Source: an uncultured Weeksellaceae bacterium (GTDB taxonomy: Bacteria; Bacteroidota; Bacteroidia; Flavobacteriales_D; UBA2798). Taken from it: 64,000 nt of DNA. The notes beneath the pieces were generated by a model. The model searched no databases. It was not told where the DNA came from and worked only from the letters and a program-made list of their open reading frames with translations. Shown one piece after another: positions 1 through 9,559 of this stretch (position 1 is its first letter; each line of letters begins with the position of its first letter). Where the stretch lies: contig CAYWRZ010000005.1 in NCBI GenBank assembly GCA_964460845.1, positions 95,644 to 159,643 on the forward strand. The letters run 5' to 3'. The position numbers were made by a program, and so were the translations under genes.

Positions 1-16
1 CGAGTTACAGGAGGCC

Positions 17-334
17 ATGAGAAAGCGATACCCGTCTGGATTTCACGGGCATACCCAGCGTATCGATACCCCTAAAGAAACGCTGACCGTAGTGAGCTTC
101 GAAACCGACGATTCCATTTATATGGTGAAAGTAAAGCTGACCGATAAAAAGTCGAAAGCGGTGGATGAAGAAGACGAGGAGTTTTTCGGCGACGATGAGT
201 TTTCAGTACCCGACTCTTCCGCTTCCGGCGGATTTGAGAAAGAGAAAGAAGAATTCGGCGACGAAGACGAGGACGACGATTACGGCGACAAGCCCGATGA
301 AGACGGGAATGAGGAAGATGAAGATGAAGATTAA
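17..334 (+). CDS. hypothetical protein with strongly acidic (D/E-rich) C-terminal tail; possibly the 3' end of a longer gene
   Basis: The reading frame stays open to the 5' window edge. The last ~60 aa are dominated by D/E. No family recognised. Confidence 0.4.
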   Translation: MRKRYPSGFHGHTQRIDTPKETLTVVSFETDDSIYMVKVKLTDKKSKAVDEEDEEFFGDDEFSVPDSSASGGFEKEKEEFGDEDEDDDYGDKPDEDGNEEDEDED

Positions 335-371
335 ATCTTCCGGCTCATCTTTTCTTTGAACGCAAACGCTT

Positions 372-1019
372 ATGCAAGTCTATTTCCTTGATAAAAATTC
401 GATCGAAAAGCTGGTCATCCGTTGGGATAAAGGCATGACGAATGTCACATTGGAAAAAGACGATTTTGTGTTAGGACAATTCGGCTCTATTGAGGAACTG
501 ATCGAAGAACAAAAATTTGACCTGCCCGACGGCCGTGTGCTTTCCGTCCGCTTTCACGAAGATACTTCCGATTTCGCCATTAAATTAGATAGCGAATACC
601 TGCCCGGTTCGATACACCATCCCGCCGCAAAGCTCAAGGCTCCTTTTCAGGTATTTCTCCTTTTCGGCACGGCAAACATACTCCTCACCCTCGCACTGGC
701 CTGGTACCACAAGCAGCCGATCTTAGGCAACCCCGTATTATTGGGCGTAGGTATAGGACTGCTCTTTATCGGCATGGGCTGGCTTATCCGTAAAGGCTCG
801 CTTGTAGCCCTCATTCTCTGCACTACCGTGATAGGGCTTAGCGTACTATTGCTACTTTGGATTTGGTACCTCATAGGCACCACCGACGTATCGGCATTGA
901 TACTGCGTAGCACCATGCTCATTTATTGCATTACCTGCTTCCCCAAAGTAAATGCACTGCGTCGCTACGCGCAAAGTAAAGCCGAAAAAACAGCATTGCT
1001 CGACGGCCATAGCTTCTGA
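372..1019 (+). CDS. hypothetical integral membrane protein
   Basis: 215-aa ORF. The C-terminal half has several long hydrophobic segments (LLFGTANILLTLALAWY, LLGVGIGLLFIGMGWL, LVALILCTTVIGLSVLLLLWIWYLIG). Confidence 0.5.
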   Translation: MQVYFLDKNSIEKLVIRWDKGMTNVTLEKDDFVLGQFGSIEELIEEQKFDLPDGRVLSVRFHEDTSDFAIKLDSEYLPGSIHHPAAKLKAPFQVFLLFGTANILLTLALAWYHKQPILGNPVLLGVGIGLLFIGMGWLIRKGSLVALILCTTVIGLSVLLLLWIWYLIGTTDVSALILRSTMLIYCITCFPKVNALRRYAQSKAEKTALLDGHSF

Positions 1020-1024
1020 AAATT

Positions 1025-1450
1025 TTGACTCCGCTTTTTAATATCCGGGTTTACGGACTCCTGCTGCACGAAAAAAAAGTGCTGCTTTCGGACGAAACCT
1101 ATCAGGGCAAGGCATTCACCAAATTTCCCGGCGGGGGACTGGAAAAAAACGAAGGACTACTCGACGCGCTAAAACGTGAACTCTGCGAAGAGCTACATAT
1201 CGAAACCTCGGAATTCGTGCATTTTTACACCACCGATTTTTTTCAGGCTTCCGCATTCAATCCCGAAGAACAACTTATCAGCATGTATTATCAGGTCACT
1301 AAATTCGACCTGGCGAAAATTAATGCGCGCATAGCAATGCACATTCCGGGCGAACGTTTTCGCTGGGCGGAAATAGCCACACTTACCGAAGCGGATCTTA
1401 CTTTTCCGATCGACAAAAAAGTAGCCCTGCTCCTCAAAGCAGCCACCTAA
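1025..1450 (+). CDS. NUDIX hydrolase
   Basis: Nudix box GGGLEKNEGLLDALKRELCEELHIE (GX5EX7REUXEEXGU pattern). TTG start. Confidence 0.8.
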   Translation: MTPLFNIRVYGLLLHEKKVLLSDETYQGKAFTKFPGGGLEKNEGLLDALKRELCEELHIETSEFVHFYTTDFFQASAFNPEEQLISMYYQVTKFDLAKINARIAMHIPGERFRWAEIATLTEADLTFPIDKKVALLLKAAT

Positions 1451-1478
1451 AAAAGCAAGGCGGGTAAAGAAAAACTAC

Positions 1479-1886
1479 TCAGGAAATCGGATTCAGCACC
1501 ACGCTATATACGATAAGCGAGTGGATATCGCGGCCGTAAGTAAGCTTGTCGAGCGCGTCCCACACGTGCTGCGCACGGAAATAAGAAGTATGCAATTCCT
1601 GCTCGCCGCGCAAAGACCATTGTAGGGTATAGCTGCTTTCTTTTTCACGATGCTCCTGCACGTATTCGAGCATTCTTTTTAACACATCTACCTTGTCGTA
1701 CCCTTCGACGGTATGGAAGAGGAACGACTGTCGGTGCCGGGGATTTACCGTTATCAAATCGAGCCGCGTACGGGCCGGATCAGCGCCGGTGTATTCAAAA
1801 ATGAGACTTTCGGAACCCAGTCCGCCGATATATTGCCCTATTTCTTCCTGCAAACGGGCTATTTCAATATGGTCGTCAGTATTCAT
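1479..1886 (-). CDS. hypothetical protein
   Basis: 135-aa ORF filling the gap between flanking genes. No family recognised. Confidence 0.45.
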   Translation of the reverse strand: MNTDDHIEIARLQEEIGQYIGGLGSESLIFEYTGADPARTRLDLITVNPRHRQSFLFHTVEGYDKVDVLKRMLEYVQEHREKESSYTLQWSLRGEQELHTSYFRAQHVWDALDKLTYGRDIHSLIVYSVVLNPIS

Positions 1887-2018
1887 AATACGAAGTTTAG
1901 ACTAAAATAAAAGGGCTGCCTCCTGTAACGAAGATACGTAATTACATGGATTCTCTTCTTTTCGCTTTGCCGTCAAAATGCGCAAAAACATTACCTTTAA
2001 ACCCTAAATCAGTCTTGC

Positions 2019-3290
2019 ATGATACGCGCCAACGATCCCACGCTCTCCTCCTGGGTAGCAGTACCCGCACACAGCGACTTCCCTATTCAGAACCTGCCTT
2101 TCGGCGTGTTCAAAACCGAAAACGACGATCCCCGTGTGGGCGTGGCCATCGGCGAACATATACTCGATCTCAAAGCACTACAGGTATTGGGCTACCTTCC
2201 TAACCAACCTTTTACCCCCGAAACCTTCGATACCGACTCGCTTAACAACCTGATGAAATACGGCAAAAAAGCCATACGCGAGTTTCGCAATCGTCTTTCG
2301 GATCTGCTCCGCAGCGACAACCACGAACTGAGCCAAAATACCCATCACGTAGCGCAGGTGCTGGTACCGGCGAAAGAAGCCATCCTGCTGCTGCCCGTAA
2401 AAATCGGCGACTATACCGATTTCTATTCCAGCATCGAACACGCTACCAACGTAGGTAAAATGTTCCGCGACCCGGCCAATGCGCTGCTGCCCAACTGGAA
2501 GCATATTCCGGTAGGCTACCACGGCCGCGCTTCGTCGGTCATCAATTCGGGCGTACCGGTGTACCGCCCCAAAGGGCAGACCAAACCCGCCGATGCCGAA
2601 AGCCCTGTATTCGGCCCCTGCAAGCTGCTCGATTTCGAGCTCGAAACAGGATTTTTCACTTACGAAGGCAAACCCCTCGGCGAATCCATTTCGACGGCCG
2701 AAGCCAACGATCATATTTTCGGGATGGTGCTGCTCAACGACTGGTCGGCACGCGATATTCAAACCTGGGAGTATGTGCCGCTCGGGCCTTTCCTTGCGAA
2801 AAACTTCGCCACTTCCATTTCGCCCTGGGTAGTGACCCTCGATGCGCTCGAACCCTTCCGTACGCAAGGCCCCACACAGGATCCGCAACCCCTGCCTTAC
2901 CTGCATACCGAAGGCCCGCAGAATTTCGATATACAGCTCGAAGTCTATATCCAAACGCCCGACGGTACCGAAAACCGCATCTCCCGATCCAATTTTAAAT
3001 ACATGTATTGGAGCATGAGCCAGCAATTGGCGCATCACAGTGTAAACGGCTGTAACATTCGTTGCGGCGATCTGATGGGCTCCGGTACCATATCAGGGCC
3101 TACCAAAGATTCTTTCGGCTCCATGCTTGAGCTTACCTGGAAAGGTACCGAACCACTTACCCTGAAAGACGGAACCCAACGTAAATTCATCCAGGATCAG
3201 GACACCATCATCATGCGGGGCTGGTGTGAAAAAGACGGTGTGCGCATCGGCTTCGGAGAAGTACGTAACCTTGTGCTGCCCACGCTTTAA
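2019..3290 (+). CDS. fahA: fumarylacetoacetase
   Basis: N-terminus SWVAVPAHSDFPIQNLPFGVF and ~420-aa length are typical of fumarylacetoacetase. FAH-fold C-terminal region. Confidence 0.9.
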   Translation: MIRANDPTLSSWVAVPAHSDFPIQNLPFGVFKTENDDPRVGVAIGEHILDLKALQVLGYLPNQPFTPETFDTDSLNNLMKYGKKAIREFRNRLSDLLRSDNHELSQNTHHVAQVLVPAKEAILLLPVKIGDYTDFYSSIEHATNVGKMFRDPANALLPNWKHIPVGYHGRASSVINSGVPVYRPKGQTKPADAESPVFGPCKLLDFELETGFFTYEGKPLGESISTAEANDHIFGMVLLNDWSARDIQTWEYVPLGPFLAKNFATSISPWVVTLDALEPFRTQGPTQDPQPLPYLHTEGPQNFDIQLEVYIQTPDGTENRISRSNFKYMYWSMSQQLAHHSVNGCNIRCGDLMGSGTISGPTKDSFGSMLELTWKGTEPLTLKDGTQRKFIQDQDTIIMRGWCEKDGVRIGFGEVRNLVLPTL

Positions 3291-3312
3291 TCCAAACGGT
3301 TTTTATTCCACT

Positions 3313-5520
3313 ATGCAACTTTCGGCCGAAGAAAAAGAAAAACAGGAAATCCTTAATGCCTATCGCGGCTTACTCAGGGCCTGCAAAAATGCGCGCGATA
3401 AAACCGATACACGCATTATCCGCAAAGCCTTCGACATTGCGCTCGAAGCGCATAAAAATATGCGACGCAAATCGGGAGAGCCTTATATCCTGCACCCCAT
3501 AGCCGTAGCGCGTATCTGTGCCGAAGAAATAGGATTGGGTACTACCTCGATCGTGTCGGCACTGTTGCACGATACCGTCGAAGATACCGACCTGACGCTC
3601 GAAGAAGTAGAAGCCATGTTCGGCAAAAAAGTGGCACGTATCATCGACGGACTGACGAAAATTACCGGACTGGTCGATAACACCGATTCCATTCAGGCCG
3701 AAAATTTCAGGAAGGTGCTGCTCACCATGGCCGACGATGTGCGGGTAATCCTTATCAAGTTAGCCGACCGTTTGCACAACATGCGTACGCTCGACTCCAT
3801 GTCGCGCGAAAAACGCCTCAAAATCGCTTCCGAAACCGAATACCTGTACGCACCGGTAGCGCACCGTTTGGGCCTAAACGCTATCAAAACCGAGCTGGAA
3901 GACCTTTCGTTGAAATTCCGCGATCCGCATACTTATAACGAAATCATAGCCCGCCTTCAAAAAACACAAGCCGTACGTAACCGTTTCATCTCGCAGTTTA
4001 TGCTGCCGGTAAAACGTCAGCTTGAAAAAGAAGGATTCAGATTTACCATCAAAGGCCGAACAAAATCCGTGTTTTCCATTTGGAAAAAAATCCACCTGAA
4101 AAACGTGCCTTTTGAAGAAATATACGATCTGTTTGCCCTACGCATCATCCTCGACAGCGATGCGGAAAGAGAAAAATCGGACTGCTGGCGCGCATACAGT
4201 ATCGTCACTGATTTTTACCAGCCTAACCCCGACCGGCTGCGCGACTGGATTTCGACCCCAAAAGCCAACGGCTATGAATCGCTGCATACCACAGTAATGA
4301 GTCCCTCGGGCAAATGGGTCGAAGTACAGATTCGTACCCGCCGTATGGACGAGATAGCCGAACGCGGATATGCCGCCCACTGGAAATACAAAGAAAACAG
4401 TACCCAGGAAAGCGGGCTCGACAGTTGGCTCAACCGGATTCGTGAGCTGCTCGAAAACCCCGAAGCCAACGCCCTCGATTTTATCGACGATTTCAAGCTC
4501 AACCTGTTCAGCGAAGAAATATTCGTCTTTACCCCGCAGGGCGAACTGCGCACCCTGCCTCAAAATGCCACCGCTCTCGATTTTGCCTTCGATATCCACT
4601 CCAAAGTAGGTGAGCAATGTATCGGCGCTAAGGTGAACAACAAGCTGGTGCCGCTGAGCCACGAGCTTAAAAGCGGGGATCAGATCGAGATAATCACTTC
4701 CAAAAAACAGCGTCCGAAAGAAGACTGGCTCAAGTTTGTCATTACAGCCAAAGCCAAGTCGAAGATTAAAAACGCGCTGAAAGACGAGAAAAAACAGATA
4801 GCCCTCGAGGGACGGGAAATTCTCCAGCGCAAGCTCAACCACCTGAACATTCCGTACCACGACCGGAACCTGAAAAAGCTCGAAGATTTTTTCAAAGCGC
4901 CCAATACCACCGATCTGCTGTACCGCATCGCCCGCGAGTATATCGACCTGAACGCCCTGCCCGAATACGAAGTGCGCAATGGCGACCTGATTTTCGTACC
5001 CAAAGCCGGAGAAGAAAAAGCGATACGCCCCGAAGAACGGCTTACACCTGTCAAAGGCAAATCGGAAGACCTGCTCATTATCGGCGACGACCTCAAACAA
5101 ATCGAATACAAGCTCTCGGCCTGCTGCAATCCCATTCCGGGCGATGATGTATTCGGCTTTATTACTGTCGGCGACGGCATCAAGATACACCGTGTAAACT
5201 GTCCGAATGCCGTGCAGCTCATGTCGCATTACGGCTACCGAATTGTGAAGGCACGCTGGAAAAGTCAGGAGCTTATCGAATTCCTCGCCGGCGTACAATT
5301 CAAGGGAATCGACGACGTGGGACTGGTGAACACCATTACCAATATCATTTCGAAAGAGTTGCATATCAATATGCGATCGATCAGCTTCGAAAGCAACGAC
5401 GGAATTTTCGAGGGAAAAGTGTTCCTTTTCGTGCACGACACCAACCACCTCGACAAGCTAATTCACAACCTGCGGCAGATACAGGGCGTGCATACCGTGC
5501 AACGCATCGACACCCAATAA
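3313..5520 (+). CDS. bifunctional (p)ppGpp synthetase/hydrolase, RelA/SpoT family
   Basis: HD-domain motifs (ILHPIAVA, LLHDTVEDT), synthetase core (GYESLHTTV, EVQIRT), TGS and ACT-like C-terminus. Start moved to ATG 3313 (MQLSAEEKE) because the 3226 start overlaps the fahA 3' end. Confidence 0.95.
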   Translation: MQLSAEEKEKQEILNAYRGLLRACKNARDKTDTRIIRKAFDIALEAHKNMRRKSGEPYILHPIAVARICAEEIGLGTTSIVSALLHDTVEDTDLTLEEVEAMFGKKVARIIDGLTKITGLVDNTDSIQAENFRKVLLTMADDVRVILIKLADRLHNMRTLDSMSREKRLKIASETEYLYAPVAHRLGLNAIKTELEDLSLKFRDPHTYNEIIARLQKTQAVRNRFISQFMLPVKRQLEKEGFRFTIKGRTKSVFSIWKKIHLKNVPFEEIYDLFALRIILDSDAEREKSDCWRAYSIVTDFYQPNPDRLRDWISTPKANGYESLHTTVMSPSGKWVEVQIRTRRMDEIAERGYAAHWKYKENSTQESGLDSWLNRIRELLENPEANALDFIDDFKLNLFSEEIFVFTPQGELRTLPQNATALDFAFDIHSKVGEQCIGAKVNNKLVPLSHELKSGDQIEIITSKKQRPKEDWLKFVITAKAKSKIKNALKDEKKQIALEGREILQRKLNHLNIPYHDRNLKKLEDFFKAPNTTDLLYRIAREYIDLNALPEYEVRNGDLIFVPKAGEEKAIRPEERLTPVKGKSEDLLIIGDDLKQIEYKLSACCNPIPGDDVFGFITVGDGIKIHRVNCPNAVQLMSHYGYRIVKARWKSQELIEFLAGVQFKGIDDVGLVNTITNIISKELHINMRSISFESNDGIFEGKVFLFVHDTNHLDKLIHNLRQIQGVHTVQRIDTQ

Positions 5521-5598
5521 AGCGTTTAAAATGAGGAAGGCGGAATAAAGTCTGCCTATCCGTTTTTTTACTAACTTTACCCCTTGTTAGTAAAGCAA

Positions 5599-6069
5599 AT
5601 GGCTATTTCCGACATTAAAGAAACCGTCAAACAGATATTCCAGGGCTACCTCGAACAGCACGGTCACCGAAAAACCCCGGAACGCTTTGCCATACTCAAT
5701 GAAATTTACGACTACGACGGGCATTTTGATATCGAATCGTTGTATATCAAAATGAAAAACAAAAAATACCGCGTAAGTCGCGCCACCCTGTATAATACGA
5801 TTGAGCTGCTGCTGTCCTGCGATTTGGTCAAAAAGCATCAGTTCGGCAAAAACCTGGCGCAGTTTGAAAAATCGTATTCCAAAAAGCAGCACGACCACGT
5901 AATTTGTACCGATACCGGCGAAGTGCTGGAGTTTTGTGACCCGCGTATCCAGCAAATCAAAGAAACGATAGAAGAAATTTTCGGGGTTACCGTACTGCAC
6001 CATTCTCTTTATTTTTACGCACAACGCAATCCTGAGGGCGAAAGCGTCACTCCACAAAAAAAACACTGA
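5599..6069 (+). CDS. Fur-family transcriptional repressor
   Basis: Winged-helix region [14 protein letters not shown]...[13 protein letters not shown] and a C-terminal metal-site-like [21 protein letters not shown] 5599 preferred over TTG 5584. Confidence 0.8.
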   Translation: MAISDIKETVKQIFQGYLEQHGHRKTPERFAILNEIYDYDGHFDIESLYIKMKNKKYRVSRATLYNTIELLLSCDLVKKHQFGKNLAQFEKSYSKKQHDHVICTDTGEVLEFCDPRIQQIKETIEEIFGVTVLHHSLYFYAQRNPEGESVTPQKKH

Positions 6070-6073
6070 TCCG

Positions 6074-6424
6074 ATGGACTTCAGTTATACAACCGACACT
6101 TCGGGAACCGTGGTAAAGATTTCGCTTGCGGGCAGGCTGATGGATAAAACCCAGGCCTCGACTTTACTGCAAGGTATAGAAGAACAGGTAAGCACGGGGA
6201 AAAACCGTTTTATCCTTGATCTTTCTCACCTCGACTATATGAACAGCTCCGGCCTTAACGTGCTGGTTAATATCCTCACCAAAGCCCGTGTGGCCGGGGG
6301 TGAAGTAGCCATTGCCAACGTTTCGCCCAAGGTCGAGCAGTTGTTCCTGATCACCAAGCTGCATACCTTATTCACCATTAGCGAGTCGGTCGAAAAAGCC
6401 GAAGCGCATTTAACCGGCAATTAA
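6074..6424 (+). CDS. STAS-domain anti-sigma-factor antagonist
   Basis: 116 aa. LDLSHLDYMNSSGLNVLV is the typical SpoIIAA-like STAS core with a conserved Ser. Confidence 0.8.
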   Translation: MDFSYTTDTSGTVVKISLAGRLMDKTQASTLLQGIEEQVSTGKNRFILDLSHLDYMNSSGLNVLVNILTKARVAGGEVAIANVSPKVEQLFLITKLHTLFTISESVEKAEAHLTGN

Positions 6425-6466
6425 GCCATACAACTCAACCAACCTCTAACCCGTTACCCTTCTCTC

Positions 6467-7735
6467 ATGAAAATTGACGTTTTGCTCGGGCTCCAGTGGG
6501 GCGATGAAGGCAAAGGAAAAATTGTGGACGTGTTTACGCCCCAATACGATATCATAGGTCGTTTTCAGGGCGGCCCCAATGCCGGGCACACCCTCGAATT
6601 TAACGGACTGAAGCATGTGCTGCACACCATTCCCTCGGGTATTTTCCACGAACAGGTGATAAACCTGGTAGGCAATGGCGTAGTGGTCGATCCGATAGTG
6701 CTGAAAAAAGAAATCGATGCGCTCAAAAAACTGGGTGTGGATGTGAAAAAACAATTGCTGCTTTCGCGCAAAGCACACCTTATTCTGCCTACCCACCGCC
6801 TTATCGACGCCGCTTCGGAAGCGTCGAAAGGAAAAGAAAAAATAGGCTCTACGCTCAAGGGCATTGGTCCCACCTACATGGACAAAACCGGGCGTAACGG
6901 ACTTCGCATAGGCGATATTTTCCTGAAAGATTTTCGTAAAAAATACAATGACCTGGTCGAAAAGCACATACGAATACTGTCGTTCCACCAGTTCGATTAC
7001 AAGCTCGAAGAGCTGGAGCCCGCTTTCTTTGAAGGACTCGAAACCTTACGGGAGCTTACCGTAGTGGACAGCGAGCATTACATCAATCAGGCGCTCCGCG
7101 CCGGCAAGCGCATTTTGGCCGAAGGCGCGCAGGGCACCCTGCTCGACATCGATTTCGGCTCCTATCCTTTTGTCACTTCTTCGACCACCACTACCTCGGG
7201 CGCCTGCACGGGTTTGGGAGTGGCTCCCAACCGCATCGGTGAGGTAATCGGTATTTTTAAAGCCTACTGTACCCGCGTAGGCAGCGGTCCCTTCCCCACC
7301 GAGCTGCACGATGCCACCGGCGACGAGCTGCGCAAGCAGGGCAACGAATTCGGTTCTACTACCGGTCGCGCCCGCCGCTGCGGATGGCTCGATCTACCCG
7401 CCTTGCGTTATGCCGTCATGATCAACGGAGTAACCAGCCTCACCATGATGAAAGTGGACGTGCTTGACCATTTTGAAGAAATTAAAGTATGTACCCATTA
7501 CCGGATAAACGGCGAGCTGACTGCCGAACTGCCCTACGATTTATGTCAGGTCGAGGTAGAACCGGTATATCGCACATTTAAAGGCTGGAACCGCAGTCTC
7601 GAAGGCATTACCGAGTTTTCTCAACTGCCCGAAGAATTGCTCGAATACACCCGTTTCCTTGAAAAAGAGCTGGAAATCCCCGTCAATGTGATTTCAGTAG
7701 GCCCCGACAGGCTGCAAACATTGGTGAAAAGATAA
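6467..7735 (+). CDS. purA: adenylosuccinate synthase
   Basis: N-terminal P-loop LGLQWGDEGKGKIVD, GIGPTY and TTGRARRCGWLD motifs. Confidence 0.97.
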   Translation: MKIDVLLGLQWGDEGKGKIVDVFTPQYDIIGRFQGGPNAGHTLEFNGLKHVLHTIPSGIFHEQVINLVGNGVVVDPIVLKKEIDALKKLGVDVKKQLLLSRKAHLILPTHRLIDAASEASKGKEKIGSTLKGIGPTYMDKTGRNGLRIGDIFLKDFRKKYNDLVEKHIRILSFHQFDYKLEELEPAFFEGLETLRELTVVDSEHYINQALRAGKRILAEGAQGTLLDIDFGSYPFVTSSTTTTSGACTGLGVAPNRIGEVIGIFKAYCTRVGSGPFPTELHDATGDELRKQGNEFGSTTGRARRCGWLDLPALRYAVMINGVTSLTMMKVDVLDHFEEIKVCTHYRINGELTAELPYDLCQVEVEPVYRTFKGWNRSLEGITEFSQLPEELLEYTRFLEKELEIPVNVISVGPDRLQTLVKR

Positions 7736-7802
7736 TCTGTTAAATTTTTAGAAAAACATTCTCGTTTTTTGTATATTCGGTTTTAAACTCAAATTTAAAC
7801 GT

Positions 7803-8153
7803 ATGAAACTCGTCAAACCCCTGCTTATCGTTGCGCTTGCTCTTTTCTCCTTCCAGGTGGCACAAGCCCAGGAAAGGGTTTCCGAAAAAGAAGTAAAAGA
7901 AACCATCGAAAAGCTCCGGTCGGCCATAGAATTAACGGACGAGCAGGCCGTTCAGGTAGAGCGCATTTTTCGTGAAGGCATGAGTGAAGTGGAAAAACTG
8001 CGTCAAACTAACGACGGAGCCGCTGCCGAAGCCCAAATCAATGAGATAAAAAAACGCAAAGAAGCCGAAATGCTTCAACTGTTCAGCGAGACGCAAAGGC
8101 AGAAATACGAAGAAGCCAAAGCCGCTGAAGCACGGAGAAAATTGGATCATTAA
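7803..8153 (+). CDS. secreted LTXXQ-motif (Spy/CpxP-like) small periplasmic protein
   Basis: Signal peptide MKLVKPLLIVALALFSFQVAQAQ. LTDEQ motif. Helical, K/E-rich. Confidence 0.5.
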   Translation: MKLVKPLLIVALALFSFQVAQAQERVSEKEVKETIEKLRSAIELTDEQAVQVERIFREGMSEVEKLRQTNDGAAAEAQINEIKKRKEAEMLQLFSETQRQKYEEAKAAEARRKLDH

Positions 8154-8260
8154 TCGCGTTCAATTTGAACGTATATAAAGGTCGGTGAGGTAGATTATAT
8201 AAACCTCATTCAACGCTTTGATTGATGTTATTACATTCATTTCTTTTATAAGCTAAAAAA

Positions 8261-8284
8261 GGAGCCTTTCGGGCTCCTTTTTTG
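8261..8284. terminator. bidirectional intrinsic terminator
   Basis: Hairpin GGAGCC-TTTC-GGGCTCC, flanked by an A-run upstream and a T-run downstream, between convergent genes. Confidence 0.6.
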
Positions 8285-8300
8285 TGTCTTATTCCGTCAC

Positions 8301-8486
8301 TTAACTAACTACGGCAATCAAATCACGGTGAAATTTTCCTTTTATCCACGCTTTTAATTCTCTCGCATCGTCTTCTACCAGCCTCGCCAGGGCTTTGTAA
8401 TATTCTTTGCGGAACAGCTTCGGGTCAAAACTCACTTTTTCAAGAATAAACTTAGTGTACTCCAATGCAGATTTTTTCATGTTCAA
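8301..8486 (-). CDS. small hypothetical protein
   Basis: 61-aa ORF between two terminator-like hairpins. No family recognised. Confidence 0.4.
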   Translation of the reverse strand: MNMKKSALEYTKFILEKVSFDPKLFRKEYYKALARLVEDDARELKAWIKGKFHRDLIAVVS

Positions 8487-8551
8487 GATGTTTTTATGGT
8501 TTACACGGTACTATCAAACGCAAAAGTTCCATTTTTGTTACTCCTAAAACC

Positions 8552-8577
8552 AAAAAAATCCGGGCTAAAAACCCGGA
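8552..8577 (-). terminator. intrinsic terminator of the 8607-9470 gene
   Basis: On the minus strand, hairpin TCCGGGTTTTTAGCCCGGA followed by TTTTTTT, about 30 nt after the stop. Confidence 0.6.
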
Positions 8578-8606
8578 CTTTTCAGCTTAGTCTTGTGAAT
8601 AATTTG

Positions 8607-9470
8607 TTAATCGACCACTACGACCAAATACTTAGAAATGCTCCAAAAAGCCTGTATATCGAGGATTTGCAGCTTTTCCTGCACCTTGTCAGAACCCGTA
8701 ATTTTGTAGGAATCTTTCGGATGCGTAGTCAATATCTCGATCTTTGAACCGCCGAGATGGATTTCTTTAATCCGCGTAATATCAATTTGTGTAAAATAGT
8801 TTCGGTTAAAATCTTCGCGCAGCTTTTTGATCTTACCCATACCGATAAATCCGCCTTCGCGGGTAATCACTCCCTGATCGCGTAATTCGCGCGAGGAACC
8901 GATCACATAATAAGCGGTATTTAGTTCGGCTTCTTTTTCTTCGACGGTAGCCACAGCTTCGTTGAGCGTTGCGGTAAGCTCATCCATCGCGATATCGTAA
9001 CGTGCCAGATCTTCGCGCAAGGAAGTGATCAGCGCCTCCTGCTCATTGACCTTGGCGGTAAGGCTTTCGATACGTTTGTTAAAATCGTCGGCCGCTATGC
9101 CCGCCTGCTTCAACCTTTCCTGCAAAGAAGCAATCTTGTTCCGGTTCTGCTCCATCAATGAGTTGATAAGCTGTATGTCGTTCACAATTCTGTCTTTCTG
9201 ATCGTTGGGAAGCTCAGGCCCAGAAGTACGACTCATGGTGATCAGCTTTTCTTTTTGCGTGATCAGCGAAAGGTTATCTTCGATTTCGTTGAGCAGCCGA
9301 AAGGATTGACTCACGGCCGAATCCTGCTCTACAAGCTCCGCCTTCAGTCTTTCGTTTTCTTTCTTTAATAATTCTACTTCAGGATTCACCGAGGGTGTTT
9401 CTGCAGAAGGTGTCGTACAGGCTGTCAGCGTCAGGCAAAAGATTCCGGTGTAGAAAAACAGCTTTTTCAT
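8607..9470 (-). CDS. coiled-coil lipoprotein, function unknown
   Basis: Lipoprotein signal MKKLFFYTGIFCLTLTAC. Long heptad-like E/K/L-rich middle region. Confidence 0.6.
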   Translation of the reverse strand: MKKLFFYTGIFCLTLTACTTPSAETPSVNPEVELLKKENERLKAELVEQDSAVSQSFRLLNEIEDNLSLITQKEKLITMSRTSGPELPNDQKDRIVNDIQLINSLMEQNRNKIASLQERLKQAGIAADDFNKRIESLTAKVNEQEALITSLREDLARYDIAMDELTATLNEAVATVEEKEAELNTAYYVIGSSRELRDQGVITREGGFIGMGKIKKLREDFNRNYFTQIDITRIKEIHLGGSKIEILTTHPKDSYKITGSDKVQEKLQILDIQAFWSISKYLVVVVD

Positions 9471-9559
9471 CCAATAAAAGGTTTCTACAAAAATAGCAAT
9501 ATTCGGTTATGCGCTTCAAAAGCGCGGAAAGCCTTAACTTTGGACAAAACACATCCGCC

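Noticed and set aside
2178-3038. 286-aa minus-strand ORF
   Set aside because: It is antisense to fumarylacetoacetase and has no recognisable motifs. Shadow ORF.
3226-3312. Upstream extension of the RelA/SpoT ORF (start at 3226)
   Set aside because: It would overlap the fahA 3' end by 65 nt and adds a Cys-rich non-homologous leader. ATG 3313 gives the conserved N-terminus.
4138-5448. 436-aa minus-strand ORF, plus several shorter ones at 3370-5456
   Set aside because: It lies entirely antisense to the strongly supported RelA/SpoT gene. It has a low-complexity, F/V/G-rich composition with no motifs, typical of a shadow ORF in GC-balanced coding DNA.
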